From Phoronis australis (lineage: Eukaryota; Animalia; Phoronida), in assembly GCA_002633005.1 (NCBI GenBank), contig NMRA01000618.1, forward strand, positions 180,232 to 244,231: DNA of 64,000 nucleotides, given 5' to 3'. Below, in pieces: positions 12,650 to 25,643 of the stretch (position 1 is its first letter; each line of letters starts with the position of its first letter). The position numbers and the translations under genes are program-made. The notes below the pieces were generated by a model. It was not told the origin of the DNA, searched no databases, and was given only the letters and a program-made list of their open reading frames with translations.

Positions 12650-13725
12650 ATTGATGTGAAGCTGCATACAAGTTGTGAAAGTCACGTTTCTTGAACAATT
12701 TGCATAATTCAGAAACCTAACGACCAGTTCTTGTCACGAGTTATTCAAATGTTATTCCAAACTTTTAACGTATCTTATCTTCTGAAATCTGCAAAGTTCG
12801 GTATTTGAAGTGAAACATTATTAAACACAATAGAACTCCGTGAGTTATGAAGAGAACAACCAAACACAAAATGTAGCTCATCCTCCACAGAACCAGAATC
12901 ACAACACAAGCAAAGTCTTTCACTTACAGGAGTGTTTAAATAACGACCAGTTTCCAAGTGCAATGGGAGATTTTCTGCTCTAAGCTGAGACAGAAGAGAT
13001 CGATCGGAACGAGATAAATTAATCTTTACATACGGCTCAGTTGAAAAATCGTGCTTAAATAAAATGTAGGTTCTTAACTTGGGTTTTGTTACAATAGACT
13101 CGGCCCAAACATGTTTCGAGTATTCAAATAGTTTGTTTCGAGCATCTACTATGTCACAAGTAGTCGAATTTTGAAAACAGGATTGCATGCCAGTTGTGTT
13201 AAACAAATTTTTGATTCCGTCTATCCAACCCTTTCTACCAACAGAGTAGTCCCATACAAATACCTTCTTCAGTAACCTATCACCACCTGTGGTTCCTAGT
13301 CTGTTCCAAAGAAGCAGCATATTCAGTTAAAATCTATTTCCGGTGGAGCCCCACCCCATATCACCACTAGTATGAGTGGCTGTAAATCGGTTGACCCTTA
13401 AATAAAAACGCATAGCTCTGTTTTGAATATTTTCACGGTTACCAGAATTTTTGTAACCCCAAACAGGTGACCCGTAATCCAAAATTGGTGCCAAACACGA
13501 TATAAATAATGTTTTAAACGTTTCGAATACTAGATTCTTGTTATCACGGAATGTTGAGCATATCTTCCCTAACGTTGAACCAGAAGCTTCGGATAACGTA
13601 TTCAAATTTTCTTTGAAGTCAAGGTGTTGATCCAGAATACAGCCCAAATATTTGTACGGGGATTTACAACTGATGACACTGTTCAAAATAAATTCAAAAT
13701 TGCTATTAATACAGACACGTCTATA
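12650..13725 (-). mobile_element. 5'-truncated non-LTR retrotransposon (RTE-X-like): RT C-terminus and CCHC zinc knuckle
   Basis: YKYLG, PILDYGSPVWG, KPKLRTY, LPLHLETGRY...CLCC...VEDELHFVFGC across two broken ORFs. Clade and outer boundaries are approximate. Confidence 0.82.
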
Positions 13726-15315
13726 AAGTCCTGCATAACGTTAAGACATAACACCTCCTGGCCGGACGCCAGATCGAAGTCCAAACCGAAATAGCGTTCA
13801 GTGACCTCTAAAATGAGGTCGAGATTTGTGTTTTGCACTGATCAGAATTCCATGTAACTTGAGACAAGGCCAGTTTTCGTTTCAGTTTCAGTTTCACGGG
13901 AGGCTTTATCAGCTGACAATTAATCATTGCTACCAGCCGAACATGTGGATGGTAGATAATACCCGGGACGTGACGTCAGTAACTGATGGCTTTGACAGCG
14001 CTCCAACTTAATGCAGAGCTTTCTTACTCGGCAGGAGCAATCTAAATTGTAGTTCCTGTGGCAGACATGTTATTCACGTTCCTTGTCCTCATGACACCTT
14101 TCGTATCGTTCTCAAACAGTTTTCCACCCACACGATTGCGCTGATACAATCCTAGGCATCACCCTTTGATTCTGTTTTCTACAGGGCTTGGAATAATCCA
14201 TCTGATAAAAAGGAAAATGTTCCAGGTGATGTATCGTTCTACAGAAAAGGTATAGAAATATTTTTGTTTAGTAAAATGTAGCTGCAAGAAACATTTTTTG
14301 TATAAATTGAGTCAAAATAATGACAAAGGATAAAAACAAGAAAAAACTGGAAATCTAATAAGATGAAATCGAAACCAAATGAAGGAAATCTTCTTAAAAG
14401 TGGAAAATTCCAAGCCCTGCTTCTAAAAGCTGGTGGAGTCGAGTAGACATGGCTTAAAATGCATATTGACAAAATATCTGCTTTATTTCAAAAACAACTG
14501 GTTTCAGATCTCAACAAAATCTCAACGGGTTTCGCTCCACGCACTTCGTCAAAGTAGCGACAAAATCTTACAGTGCAAGTTTGTTTACAAATAAACATTT
14601 ACCGTCTATATCTAAGCAGCGACGAAGCATTAATATCCGAGTACAGTGAACCGTGCAGCAATTACGGGGAGACGTTTGGCAGATTTCTGTCGCAGGCAAT
14701 ACAGTTTATTTTGACTCTATTTTACAACTCAACATTACCATGTTTCGAAGACCGCATGTCAGACAGCGATCTAGCCCGCACACCACCCTGTTTGTAAAAG
14801 TAAACAACAAACTAATCGACACGATATCGATTCTCCGCCCTGGAGGGTCACGCCATTTTACGACTTCTACGTGTACACGTAATTAAAGTCCTGTCACGCC
14901 TGTGCTACCCAAACCGAGAGTTCTGCTCGCACTCTGTCGTGACCAACGACGGAGGATTTTGGTTTATACGAAAAATCATGCCAGCGAATCCCGATTATTT
15001 TGTCCAGTTACTGTGGTCTATACCACGTGCGCAGCCACCCTGCAATATGGGGGACTCGAATACCCGACTACCAAAAAACGGGACTAAAAAACGCCGGGTA
15101 CCACGTTCAGAGCCGTGAATTATGTCTTTGTGTGTTGCGTCTTGTTAGTGGACTTTTGTCTCGTTTTGACGGACTTTAGTTTCTCTGAGGCGGGGGTTTT
15201 ACTACAAAGAAACGAACTAAACTTCATAGCTACCAGACGTGGAATGTAGACTCCAATTATTTTCCTGAGCAAACAATACGTACCTATGGAAGACTTTGAT
15301 TTTCGATAACGGCAG

Positions 15316-15485
15316 CAGGGGTGGACCCAGGATTTTGAGTTAAAGGGGGGAGGCAGGACAGAATATTTGCCAAGACTTTGCCTGTCAGGCATTCGCACAC
15401 CCCTAAAATCCAAAGGTAATCTAGTAATCTGGGAGAATTTTAAGGGGGCCAATGCCCCCTAGGCCCCCCGCTAAATCCACCACTG
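15316..15485. mobile_element. Small MITE with CAGGGGTGGA...TCCACCACTG termini (hAT-like)
   Basis: Imperfect terminal inverted repeat; related GC-rich ends near 34497-34642, 46400-46433 and 46780-46813. Confidence 0.5.
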
Positions 15486-15849
15486 GGCAGGGTGTCAACG
15501 AGGTGTGAAAAGGAGCTTAAAATTTTGGGGACGCGAATTTGGTAACGACCTGGCGGTTGGGAAAGGCGCGAGTGGCGAGGTGGGTACAGATTCAACAGAA
15601 CAAGCGCCGAACAACTTTTGTCTTCAGCACAACATCAGAGCCAAGACCCACACACCCAACATCCGCCGCACCACGAGTTCCTCCATTCCCAGAGATGGTC
15701 GCTGATTGTGACTTGCGACACTTCCATCCTCGATTTCATTGTTTGTCGTATGTATGCATCTAGAGTGCGATAAGCACTTTCAGGCGCTATTGATCTATAA
15801 ATAAATAAGTAACTTTACAACCAACTAACCGACAAATGTACATGTATAG

Positions 15850-15877
15850 CGCGCGCGCGCACACACACACACGCACG

Positions 15878-15917
<40 letters not shown>
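15850..15917. repeat. (CG)n/(CA)n microsatellite
   Basis: Direct reading of a cgcg...cacaca tract. Confidence 0.95.
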
Positions 15918-15919
<2 letters not shown>

Positions 15920-16982
15920 TATATCATATCCACGTACAGAAGCATTGAAACAAATTAAATGGTCAAAAATGAACCTCTGCTTTAAGTACCTTACGGAAAC
16001 AGCATAAACTGAACAGAGCCTGTTCAAAAATGGCGTTATATGCATGTCTCACATACCACCGCAAATGCTCTGTCCGAGAATTCTTGAATTAAAATAATGC
16101 TGCAACAGAAAAAGTACACAAAAGGCTTACCGTTAAAAATCTCTCTGAATACAAGCTTTTCGCACACATGGTGTCGTAAAAACCCCCCATATACGGATAC
16201 ACCTATCATGTTACTGTATGTAGAGCACAATACAAAAATAAAATCTTTCTTAAAATACACGTTTCAAAACTTAATAGTGAACAGTCTAACGAGTTCTCAA
16301 GAACCCCTAAAATCCTGAATGATTCAATGCATACTAGTCTACAGGGTTGTTTTCGGACGACGCAAATTAAAGTTGTTGCGAAAAAAACAAGGCTATGCAA
16401 AAAAAACACGCAAAAACACGAGAGTGAAAGACGACCATGCTAGCGTATCCTTCCAAAATAACGGGCACTGAAGTGATGTGTCGGAACTGACGTGCTGGGT
16501 TAGAGGCTGGAATGTTGAATTGTGGGATAGAATACAAGTACTGTATACTGTTTTCCATTCCATAAGTGACCAATCCTCGCCGAAAGTGCTTTGCGAGTGT
16601 CTTGCGTCAACGGAACACAACCCAGCCTACTAGCATACATCCGTTAACGGACCCAAAACATGGAACTTGAATTATATGGCGCAGTAAGAATGGGACATCA
16701 GTTGTGCCACATTGGTTCCTCATAACTGATTTGGAACTTTCCTACATGTATACACCTTGTAAAATACCGAACTACAAAAACATAGTTAATACTGTTTGAA
16801 TATCTCAGGTCTCTAGACAGGTTCTTAGAACTGGAAGTAATACTTTCTACAGACATAGGCAAGAGCTGCTAAAAGCTATTGTACGAGCATTGTGACTAAC
16901 CCATAACCTCTATTGACCTAGCATGTAATGGCAAAATTGTCATATTCACATAACAAACGATTTCCATTTAGTTAGAATTTCC

Positions 16983-17291
16983 TTAGGGCAGTAAAGGGAA
17001 AAATATAATTAGGAGAAATAGAGCACAGGAAATACGTCCTCGATCAGCTGCACCAATAGGTCGCGGTTGAAGCATACCACTAAGCTTGGACAAACTTCCG
17101 TTATTCGGTGCTGGCGTGACTCCAGTGATCTCACACAGTATGGGGTAGATGTCGACGATGCTGAACGGTTTAGCGGTGTAAGCAGGCCTGAAGTCAGGCC
17201 CTCTGGCGCGAAACATGGTCTTCATGGAAGGCAGATCATTGTCGTAACCGTGGGTACCCACGTCATACAGTTTATATTTAGAAATATTTTT
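16983..17291 (-). CDS. ENPP4/5/7-like ectonucleotide pyrophosphatase/phosphodiesterase, last exon (5)
   Basis: Acceptor tttacag, then KNISKYKLYDVGTHGYDNDLPSMKTMFRARGPDF...DIYPILC...PNNGS...LFLLIIFFPLLP*: HGYDN metal ligand and hydrophobic C-terminal tail. Confidence 0.92.
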   Translation of the reverse strand, partial: KNISKYKLYDVGTHGYDNDLPSMKTMFRARGPDFRPAYTAKPFSIVDIYPILCEITGVTPAPNNGSLSKLSGMLQPRPIGAADRGRISCALFLLIIFFPLLP

Positions 17292-18113
17292 CTGTAAAAA
17301 TAAAAGCAACCTAATCTAATAAATGGGTATTTTGAGCGACAAAACTTAGTTGAATAGAATTGTTGTGCCTGTCCAGCGTGCACATTTATGTAGTAAAAAG
17401 ACTCCCTAACGATACATGTACGTGGAAGCAATAGTGGGCAACAATAAGTTTACTACTGCAAGTTGGGCTTCAGGGATCCGTTTTCAAAAACATGGGCATG
17501 AGTATATTGATCCACACGGCCTCACATCTTTTGATCAATAAGGAAGACCTCAGGGCCATGCTAGTCTTGTCTTTTTTCGCTTCGAATTTTACTGGGCCAA
17601 TTGGACGAGTTACGCGATTGCAGTGCGTCCATAAATTGTTGTTGCACCAATGACGAGGGGCGCGCTGCTAAAAGTGGTTACGGCTTATCGAACGATGCAT
17701 GCATTCATAACCACGCGGATTCTTTAAGTTAGCCTATAAACAAGTGCCCCCCACAAATAATTCAGTTGCTCCCTGCTACCCCTGCAGGCCCGTAGCCAGC
17801 ATTTCGTGGGGGGGACCTTTGTCATTTTCCAAACGGTGACACAGAGGAGTTTTCAGTAAAGGCTCTTGAAGCAGCTTAATTAGGGGGAGGGAAATCTGTA
17901 TACGCAAGAATGACCCTCAGCTCTTTGTTCCTGAAATGAGATGGAATTCGTAATACCAGAAATGAGGGTTGCTCGCAACGGGACTCAAATTCGGATGCAA
18001 TTGTAAACTTTCACATCAGGCGTGCTTCTATTAGTGATTGCACCTCATTCTCGGACGGAAATGTTCAGTAGGAAAATGACTTGACGATTTTTTTATCTGG
18101 TTGTAGTTTTACG

Positions 18114-19270
18114 TGTTACAGAAGGTGCCCAACATTCGCAAGGTTCAATATTCAGACGGTTCACTCTTCCTTAGGTTCACTAATCCGAAGGTTCACAACT
18201 CCGAAGGTTCACTACTCCAAAATATCAAACATTTCGCACTCGGTTGTAATTTTTGTACTTTTACGTGCAAAAATAAACGATACTTCAATTATTGAGTGGT
18301 TTACCTGTACGCTCGGATCATGACGGCGACATCCCGTTGCTCCCAACTTGTTCGATTGTATAGCCCAACAACAAGTTCGGAAGTTTTCCCCCCGTAGCCA
18401 ATTAACTCCATTCTGACGTTGATGGTTGGAGGGCCTGCGCTCTTTTGTTTGATAATTGCTCTAATCTCCGATCAGATCGTATCTAGCCTGACTGGGATGG
18501 GCTCATAAAAATGAAAGCTAAGCCAGATATCATCGCACGTTCAGCACCCCTCACGTCTGGAAAAGTTACTGAACGACAGAAAGCTGTAATGTTCCATGCG
18601 CATGCGAAATTTGCCTACATGTCTTACGAATATGGAAAAATGAGTACGTACTGTACTTACGTTTTTAAAAGAATATGAGGTCGGGATATTGGAGAATTAT
18701 GGACCACTATACATTTATCAAGTTCATGTCGAGATCGCATCATTTCACAGCGCCACCAAAAAATTCAGGCCGCTGCACCTCAACCTCACCCACCGGAACC
18801 ACGCGCACGACCAGGTCAAAACTAAGTGTACATGTATAGTAGACTACTCTGTCCCTGCCAGTCTCCACGAAAGCAGAGAGTCTCATTCTAGTCTTCTTAA
18901 GTTTAGAATCGCCGTTGGCCGTTACAGCCTTGATCCGTGTCCCAGATGTTGTCCCTGCTTGAGAATGAGTTATAAGATTCAAGAATATCACAATTTGCAG
19001 TGATTGAAGACATTGTAATCAATGTTCTATAAAATCTTCAACTCTTTCCTGCCTTTCAATGGTTACTAAATGGACACAAACACAATATTTCATTCATGTC
19101 TGTTTCGTTTCATTAGCGGGCAGTCCAAGAAATGAACTGTCAGAATTCTGGACTCGGAATTGTGGACATTAGAAGTAGTGAACTTTAGAAGGTAGCGAAA
19201 CTTCGGAGTAGTGAACCGTCAGAGAGCAGACTTTCGGAGTAGTCAACCTTCGGAATAGTGACATGTAACC
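18114..19270. mobile_element. Fold-back/MITE-like element with arrays of ~16-bp TTCACTACTCCGAAGG units, in ENPP intron 4
   Basis: Forward array 18140-18220 and reverse array 19146-19262; GTTACA...TGTAAC ends; related arms at 43460-43535 and 44020-44100. Confidence 0.6.
18319..18591 (+). repeat. Interspersed ~275-bp repeat, copy 2
   Basis: Near-identical to 6512-6790. Confidence 0.85.
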
Positions 19271-20074
19271 TTGCAAATCGTTTCCTAGTAGTTTGTTGCT
19301 CGTATGAAGTCTGCGAGGCTGTGCACAATTGACACTGATTGACAAGAGAACACTTTCTTCATTGACCAATATTTTTGTTAGGTCTAGATCTGTTTTTCCC
19401 TAACAATTGGGGTTTTCTCATACAACTGTATCAAGAAAACACGGCATTTCAACGTCTAGTTTTTGAGCGACCACGGAGACTTCCTGTAGTGAACATTCTG
19501 CCGGCGTCTACTGAATTTAAAAAGAATGGAAACGCACGCATGTGTACACACGTGCACGTTGATCCACCAATGGACACTGGATGAACATCATATCTGACGA
19601 TCACTTTCTATTCGAAATTTGAAAATCCTTACACTTTACCGTACTATGCTAGCACTGGGTACACACTGGGTATATAAATGCTTACAACAACATTTCGTCG
19701 TATTTTTATACCCACTCATGCCAAAGTGGAACATTTTAAGAAAAGTTCTTAATAGCTTTTAGTAAAAAGGCCTGAAGCATAATATAAAAATTGCATATGT
19801 AGATGATCTACCACTTGACACATGATGCTCGAGTCTAGCCAACTTGAGACCCACATCACCTTAAAAAGAGGCACCTTTCCGGTCCACTACAGCCACCACA
19901 TCGAGTCAATTACAACTGAACTAAACGTAATGATCATGGACCAAAACCAAGCTCATAACCAAAAAACGCAAATTCATTCATTAAGGTTTAAGAAAAATGG
20001 GAGAAACAATGAATACAGTCATATTAAAGAAAAAGAAGCTCCCTTTATGGATTCACAGCTTGATGACGCCTTAC

Positions 20075-20329
20075 CAGTCTCACGTTGTAACCTTCATTTG
20101 CAATCACTATGATTGGTCGAACTCGGTCACTGTTTGCGAACCGTTTCTCCTTCGGGAAGTCTTCCTTCTTCCAAACCGTCATGTTTGGATGCGCATTACG
20201 CAGAACGTTGTACAGGTTGTCAAGGCTGTTCTCAGCTGGTTCAATCTGACATGTTGTACCCCAATCTGCTGTGAATTTGACATCACTCTCCCGGAAGTTA
20301 GGCAATTCTACCAGGTTAATAATATTTTC
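20075..20329 (-). CDS. ENPP-like phosphodiesterase, exon 4
   Basis: Acceptor ttccag, then ENIINLVELPNF...LRNAHPNMTVWKKEDFP...RVRPIIVIANEGYNVRL; donor GTAAGG; 255 nt, phase 0. Confidence 0.92.
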
Positions 20330-20647
20330 CTGGAATATATAAGATGGATTAATTGCCTATCCAAAATAGGAAGGCACTGGCTCCGTTTCAATCGTTTTTC
20401 AGAAAACGGAGGCTTCCGTACGGATTTCAAGTGCAACTATACATTAGTCCGATGGTGTTTACGTGTATTTGCGACATGGTGAAAAATATGAACGTGCACA
20501 TAGAGCTACCTTGATCAACGATTTGCAATACCGAGCACCGATTGTTCGTGTACATGTACATGTATACCCTAAACACAGTCGCCATGAATACACGACCCAT
20601 AAATTAGATAACGTACATGGCTTAGAGGGACTGGCTCACAGACTCAC

Positions 20648-20875
20648 TTGCTTCATATACGTCATTCCGTGATCGCTGACGACAACAAGGTTGACAGTAT
20701 CCCATAAATCTTTCTTTTTCAACTGCTGCAGGAGGTAACCAAGATACCCGTCAACCTCCTCCAAAACTTTCACGACTTCCGGGCTATCAGGACCATGGAG
20801 GTGACCCGTGAGGTCTGGCTCGTGGTAATACACAGTGGCGAAGTCAACGTCGTCCTCCGTGAACCACTTCAGTAC
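20648..20875 (-). CDS. ENPP-like phosphodiesterase, exon 3
   Basis: Acceptor ttttcag, then VLKWF...YYHEPDLTGHLHGPDS...VSDHGMTYMKQ; donor GTGAGT; Zn-ligand motifs EPDxxGH and SDHG. Confidence 0.95.
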
Positions 20876-20966
20876 CTGAAAACCAATAGCATACATGCGT
20901 CTTTATGGGGGCGTAAACAGCATTGATTGTTGGAAATGCTTTTAAGAATAAAACGCATCAACTTAC

Positions 20967-21232
20967 TTGGTCCACTCTGTCCTTGAAGGGCACGGTCTTG
21001 TCGTATTCTTTAACAAATCTCGCATCCACACTCGAATCAGAGAGAGCTGTCTCGCTCCCAGGCCAGAAGTATGTTCCTGCTTTTTTCTTTTGTCGTCGAA
21101 CGGTTCGCCATATGGGCTCACCTAACCACCAGCGGGGATCTCGCACTTGACTGCTGTTGGTTCTATCAAACTGACCCAGTACTGGGTCGTAGAAATGGTT
21201 CCCTTGTATACCGTGATTCTCTTGATATAGGC
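20967..21232 (-). CDS. ENPP-like phosphodiesterase, exon 2
   Basis: Acceptor tttcag, then (G)LYQENHGIQGNHFYDP...WWLGEPIW...YFWPGSE...PFKDRVDQ; donor GTAAGT. Confidence 0.95.
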
Positions 21233-22739
21233 CTGAAACGTAAATTAAGATTTGTTTGGCCTTAATCATAACGCTTAATCGTCGTGAGAGACCGTCCCGA
21301 GTTGGTATGTGGTGCAACTCGGGACGGTCTGGGGTCTACAGAAAACCATAGTTCAACTGTGAGTCTACACCAATGTGATAAACGAGAGTAGTTCTACTTG
21401 CTGCGTCAGCTGCTGGTATGCTTATCTCTTTTATGACACACAATGTGCGACTGGGCAAAGCGTTTTCAAAATAATGTGGATAAATCAGTGGAGTGTGAAA
21501 CCCCTGAGGTCCCTGTCAAGTCCTCACGGCAATTTTACGTTATGTAGGGGTTCAACAGACAAAACTATTCAGCGGCAATACGCAGAGATCAGATACCACA
21601 GATACTCCGTTACCTTTTCATGAGTGCCGGAATCGGTCACCATAACCTACGTCAAAAGGCAATTGGAGGCTTCTAGATTATTGCACTAAATTGCAACCAC
21701 AGGACTCACTTTTTTCGTGAGGCTCAGACACCCCTGCAGAAGGAAGCATCAGTTCCTACTTTACCCATTGCCTACTCGGTCAGCCATTCGCCCAAATAAT
21801 ACATGCATGCATTAGTCGAGGTGCAATACTACCCTCTCACCCTACAGACTATAAAGAGAAAATACATTCTTGAAAAGCACAACGAAGTTCAGTAGAACGT
21901 AGTGTATTCGTGATGACTAAAGGTGTTAATTGGCAACTTCCAATGTTTTTAATTCATTTCAATGGATATCTGTTTTAAATCTTTAAATTTGATAACCATC
22001 TCCGATAAAGATTGAGATAAATTTACCAGGACCCTCCAAATATGGCAAACTTCGGAACATCATGTCTCAAAAAATGGCATCCATATGAAACTTTCAGTTA
22101 CCATGTATTACGCACATTTCTCGAGAAAGCTTTTAGAAATTATTTTTAATATTTTCCACTTGAGCATGAAGAGCTATCCAATATAGGATCTTTATGATTT
22201 TCATGAAAACACGATTCATACCACGCGCATTCGAATCAACGCAAGAACAACCAAGTGATAAAGTGTTCGTGCGTATGATTCCATGTTCGTGTGTATCATT
22301 TCATGTTCGTATGCGTGCTTTTTGTGGCTCGAGCGCATGGTTTGTGTTCGTATGCTTGGTTTGCGGGTTCATACATGTAGGTCCGCAGATGGTTCGTGCG
22401 TAAGATGTAATGCTTGTGCACACGATTCTATGGTACTCCTGAGAGGTGATCCACTCTCAGACTTTCAATTTCATATTCGGTGCCTCTAATCCACCTAAAT
22501 ATATACAAACATTTGGGAAATAACCTTTCGAAATATGTGCGCTCGGTGCACGCTTATTGTAGAAATTCTGCAATTCCGTGAGCATCCTACGTCAATTCTA
22601 ACATTTCAGTGCAAACTCGGCATCAACTTAAAGACAATGAAATACCGCATATATCAACGATAAACCCTGTACAAGGCAGCTACTTAAAACTCTCCTACGC
22701 CCTACCTATGGGAGACAAGTAAATTCATAAGCGTCTCAC

Positions 22740-22971
22740 CTGTTGCTATGGAGTAGTGGGCGGGGAAGCTCTTGGTACTAAACGTGCTAGTTATGTTGTC
22801 TGCTGTGACACCAGTCTTGGCAACCTCAGCGAAGTTATGTAAGCTGGTCTTCTTGAAATAGTCCGCGCGAAAGCCGTCGAACGACACCAAAAGTGTCTTT
22901 TTCTTCGCTTGGCGCGAACAACCAGAACAGAACGCAAAGAGAATAACGACGAGTGCAAGTCGAAGAATCAT
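22740..22971 (-). CDS. ENPP-like phosphodiesterase, first coding exon (signal peptide and active-site motif)
   Basis: MILRLALVVILFAFCSG signal peptide, LLVSFDGFR, TKSFPAHYSIATG; donor G|GTGAGA. The five exons sum to 1290 nt (429 aa plus stop) with consistent phases. Confidence 0.95.
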
Positions 22972-23422
22972 TTCTGGAGAGCAAACTCTGAAAACGAAGT
23001 ATTCTCAAAATCACTTGTCTATATGAATACATAATTGCAGTTACATGTACTGTACACCTAGTTCAAGCACGACGACGTAATAGGTGCCACTGGACGAAAG
23101 CCTGCAATTTCATCTGAGTTTTGCTTCTTTGAACACAGATAGGGACAATTTGAGGAGGGATTGTGAGGTTGTTCCTGCATGCAAAAGCTTTGACAACATG
23201 AAATTAAAGCGCCGTGTAGCGTTTACAAGCGATATGCATGGTTATCTTACATGGTGCAGTAATGTATGATACACGGAACAGAGGAGACAAAGCCAAATCA
23301 ATAATCTTTACTCTCTCGCAACATTTATGAGCCGGTACCGAAGCTTTTGAAACAATAACCAAACGTTGTCAAGCTACAAAACACGGAACTGATCTGGACC
23401 AGCAAAATAAAAGGCATCTTTT

Positions 23423-23610
23423 ACTTACAGATATTCCACTCATTTAATAATTCATGACGATTTGTTATTAACTGTCTGACCTTTATTCAACATCAGCTGT
23501 TGCGCACTGAGGGTTGGGGAGAATTTCATTGGCACGATGATGTCATATGTACCACTTTAAGCTGATTGGTTGAGCATTTCGCTGGGGCGCCCGGAGGGGT
23601 TATGGGCGGT
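23423..23610 (-). promoter_or_regulatory. Probable ENPP promoter and non-coding first exon
   Basis: An acceptor (ctctccag) lies 2 nt before the ATG; donor GTAAGT at 23428-23423; CCAAT box (AACCAATCAGC) near 23561-23571 and GC box GGGCGG near 23604. Confidence 0.45.
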
Positions 23611-23949
23611 GTATTTTACGTCGCAATTAATTACTTTCCATGGTATGCAAGAAACAATGACGAATTTAAAACAAAAACAACATTTTATTAAAAACTACTT
23701 GTGTTTCTGATGTCAAAAGTGTGTTTTGTTTGGTGGCTGGAGGCTACTTTTAATAGTAGAGACACTGGTGTTGATTTCAGGGAATGTATTGCAGATAATA
23801 GGTGAGAACTTTAATGTGTTAAACATTTCAAAAACACATTTGATTGTGTTGTTTTACAGCCTTAGTCTAGGCTAATATGTCCAATAGGTCTATACCTCCC
23901 AACCATATTCCAGAAATGCGCCCTGCGGCCATAAAGCCAACATGTCTCT

Positions 23950-24932
23950 TTAGTCTCCGTACGAAGTCAGTGTTTGCGAGCATTTTCCCATGTACTGTAC
24001 GTACCCGTTTAGACAAGTCATGAACTTTTGGTCCGGCGCAACTGTCACGGAGCAAATTGACCCGTGTCAAGCAAACGTTTACACACACAACTCACCAACT
24101 GTGGCAAGACGGAAATTTGCAGGCTGGAGAGACTGGATAGCCCATGCGCCGATTTACAAATGACGAGAGTTTCAAAGACAAAGAAACCGTATGTAGGTCA
24201 TTAGGCAAGCGCAGTAGAGATGATTCGTTCCGCTTTTCTCTAGTTTCGCGTTGTTCAGGCGCAAATTCCTCTACCTCACAAACGGGTGGCAAAAATTTGT
24301 CACCGCAGTGTCAATTTTCTCCGCGTCAGTTCGTGTACGCACTGGAACAACTCGTTCTGTGTCATCTGATCCGTGTCAACTTTGTAAGTGTAAACGGCAC
24401 TTTTAACAGGTGTTCATTAGTACGCCTATTTGGATTCATCCAAATGCCTTTTGGGGACATTACACCTCCAAAAGTGCCGTTTACACTTACAAAGGTAACA
24501 GGGATCAGCTGACACGGAAGAAGTTGTTCCAGTGTGTAAACGGACCAACACGGAGGAAATTTACACCGAGGTGACAAATTTTTGCCACCGTTTGTGAGGT
24601 AGAGCAATTTGCGCCCGAACATATCTTGCGCTGTGTCAATTACAAGTCTAAACGCGAAACTGGAGCAAGGCGTAAAGGATCATCTCTACTACGCTTGTGC
24701 AATGACCTTCATACGGGTTCCTTGTTTCTGCAACTCTCGTCATTTGTAAACCTGCGCATGTGCGATTCGGTCTCTCCAGCCTGCAATTTCCGTCTACCGT
24801 GAGTTGTAGGTGTAAACGGCCGCTTGACACGGGTCAGTTTGCTCCGTGTCAGTTGCGCCGGGCCAAAAGTTGATGTCTAAACGGGTACGTGTGGAAAAAT
24901 CGATCGCAAACACTGACTTCGCACGGAGAGAG
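23950..24932. mobile_element. ~1-kb fold-back palindromic non-autonomous DNA element
   Basis: Left and right arms are reverse complements along nearly their whole length, centred on ATTTGGAT-TC-ATCCAAAT at 24428-24445. Confidence 0.85.
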
Positions 24933-25420
24933 ACAAAAAAGATTATGATAGTGAATGCAATATTAGAACATGTTATTTTCAAAAGAGTAGAGAGACATTA
25001 TTTAGGTTGCAGGAGTCTTATGAAAAGAGCCTTGAATATTTTCACCTCGAAATTTTGTTACAGCGTGTTCCATTTCATTTGTATGTGCACTTTAGTTTTC
25101 ATACACTTAAACATTGCTGGTGAATGAAGAAATAAAAACAAAATATGTCAAAATAGCAGAAAATACAAACTCTTAAAAATGACACTGCCGCCTAGAGGTC
25201 GAATATAAAACGACTTTTAAATTACAAAATCATGAAGTTACATATAGAACGTTCTGACTCTCATACTAAAAAGGCATGATAAGGTAGGAATTGGGATGCA
25301 AATAGAAAGGGAAGTAGTAAGTAAAGTAACAAAAAAAAAACTATTAATATAATATATGTAATGTATGGCTTAATTTAACTCAGGATTTGACACGGAAACG
25401 GCGCTTAGTCAATTAGCGAC

Positions 25421-25595
25421 TGTTGTGTTTATGTTTATGTTAGAATCAGGCATGTGACCACAGCTGATGGGATGAGTGCAGTGTGTGGGTTGATGANTTG
25501 TTGTTTACAGATCGAATAAATATACTATCACTTATATGATTTAAAGAGGAATCCTAGTTCTCATTGGTTTCGGTCTTGAGCCTGTCAGCGGTACA
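25421..25595 (+). repeat. 5' LTR of the BEL/Pao element (collapsed at an N at 25497)
   Basis: Matches the first ~76 bp and last ~98 bp of the 3' LTR, joined at a single N. Confidence 0.88.
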
Positions 25596-25643
25596 CAGCA
25601 TTCGATTTCTCGCGATAACGATCGTTACGGACGTGCCCTGACT

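Noticed and set aside
18140-18220. Short regular repeats resembling a CRISPR array (also 45106-45600)
   Set aside because: Tandem units without unique spacers, in eukaryotic DNA with no cas genes.
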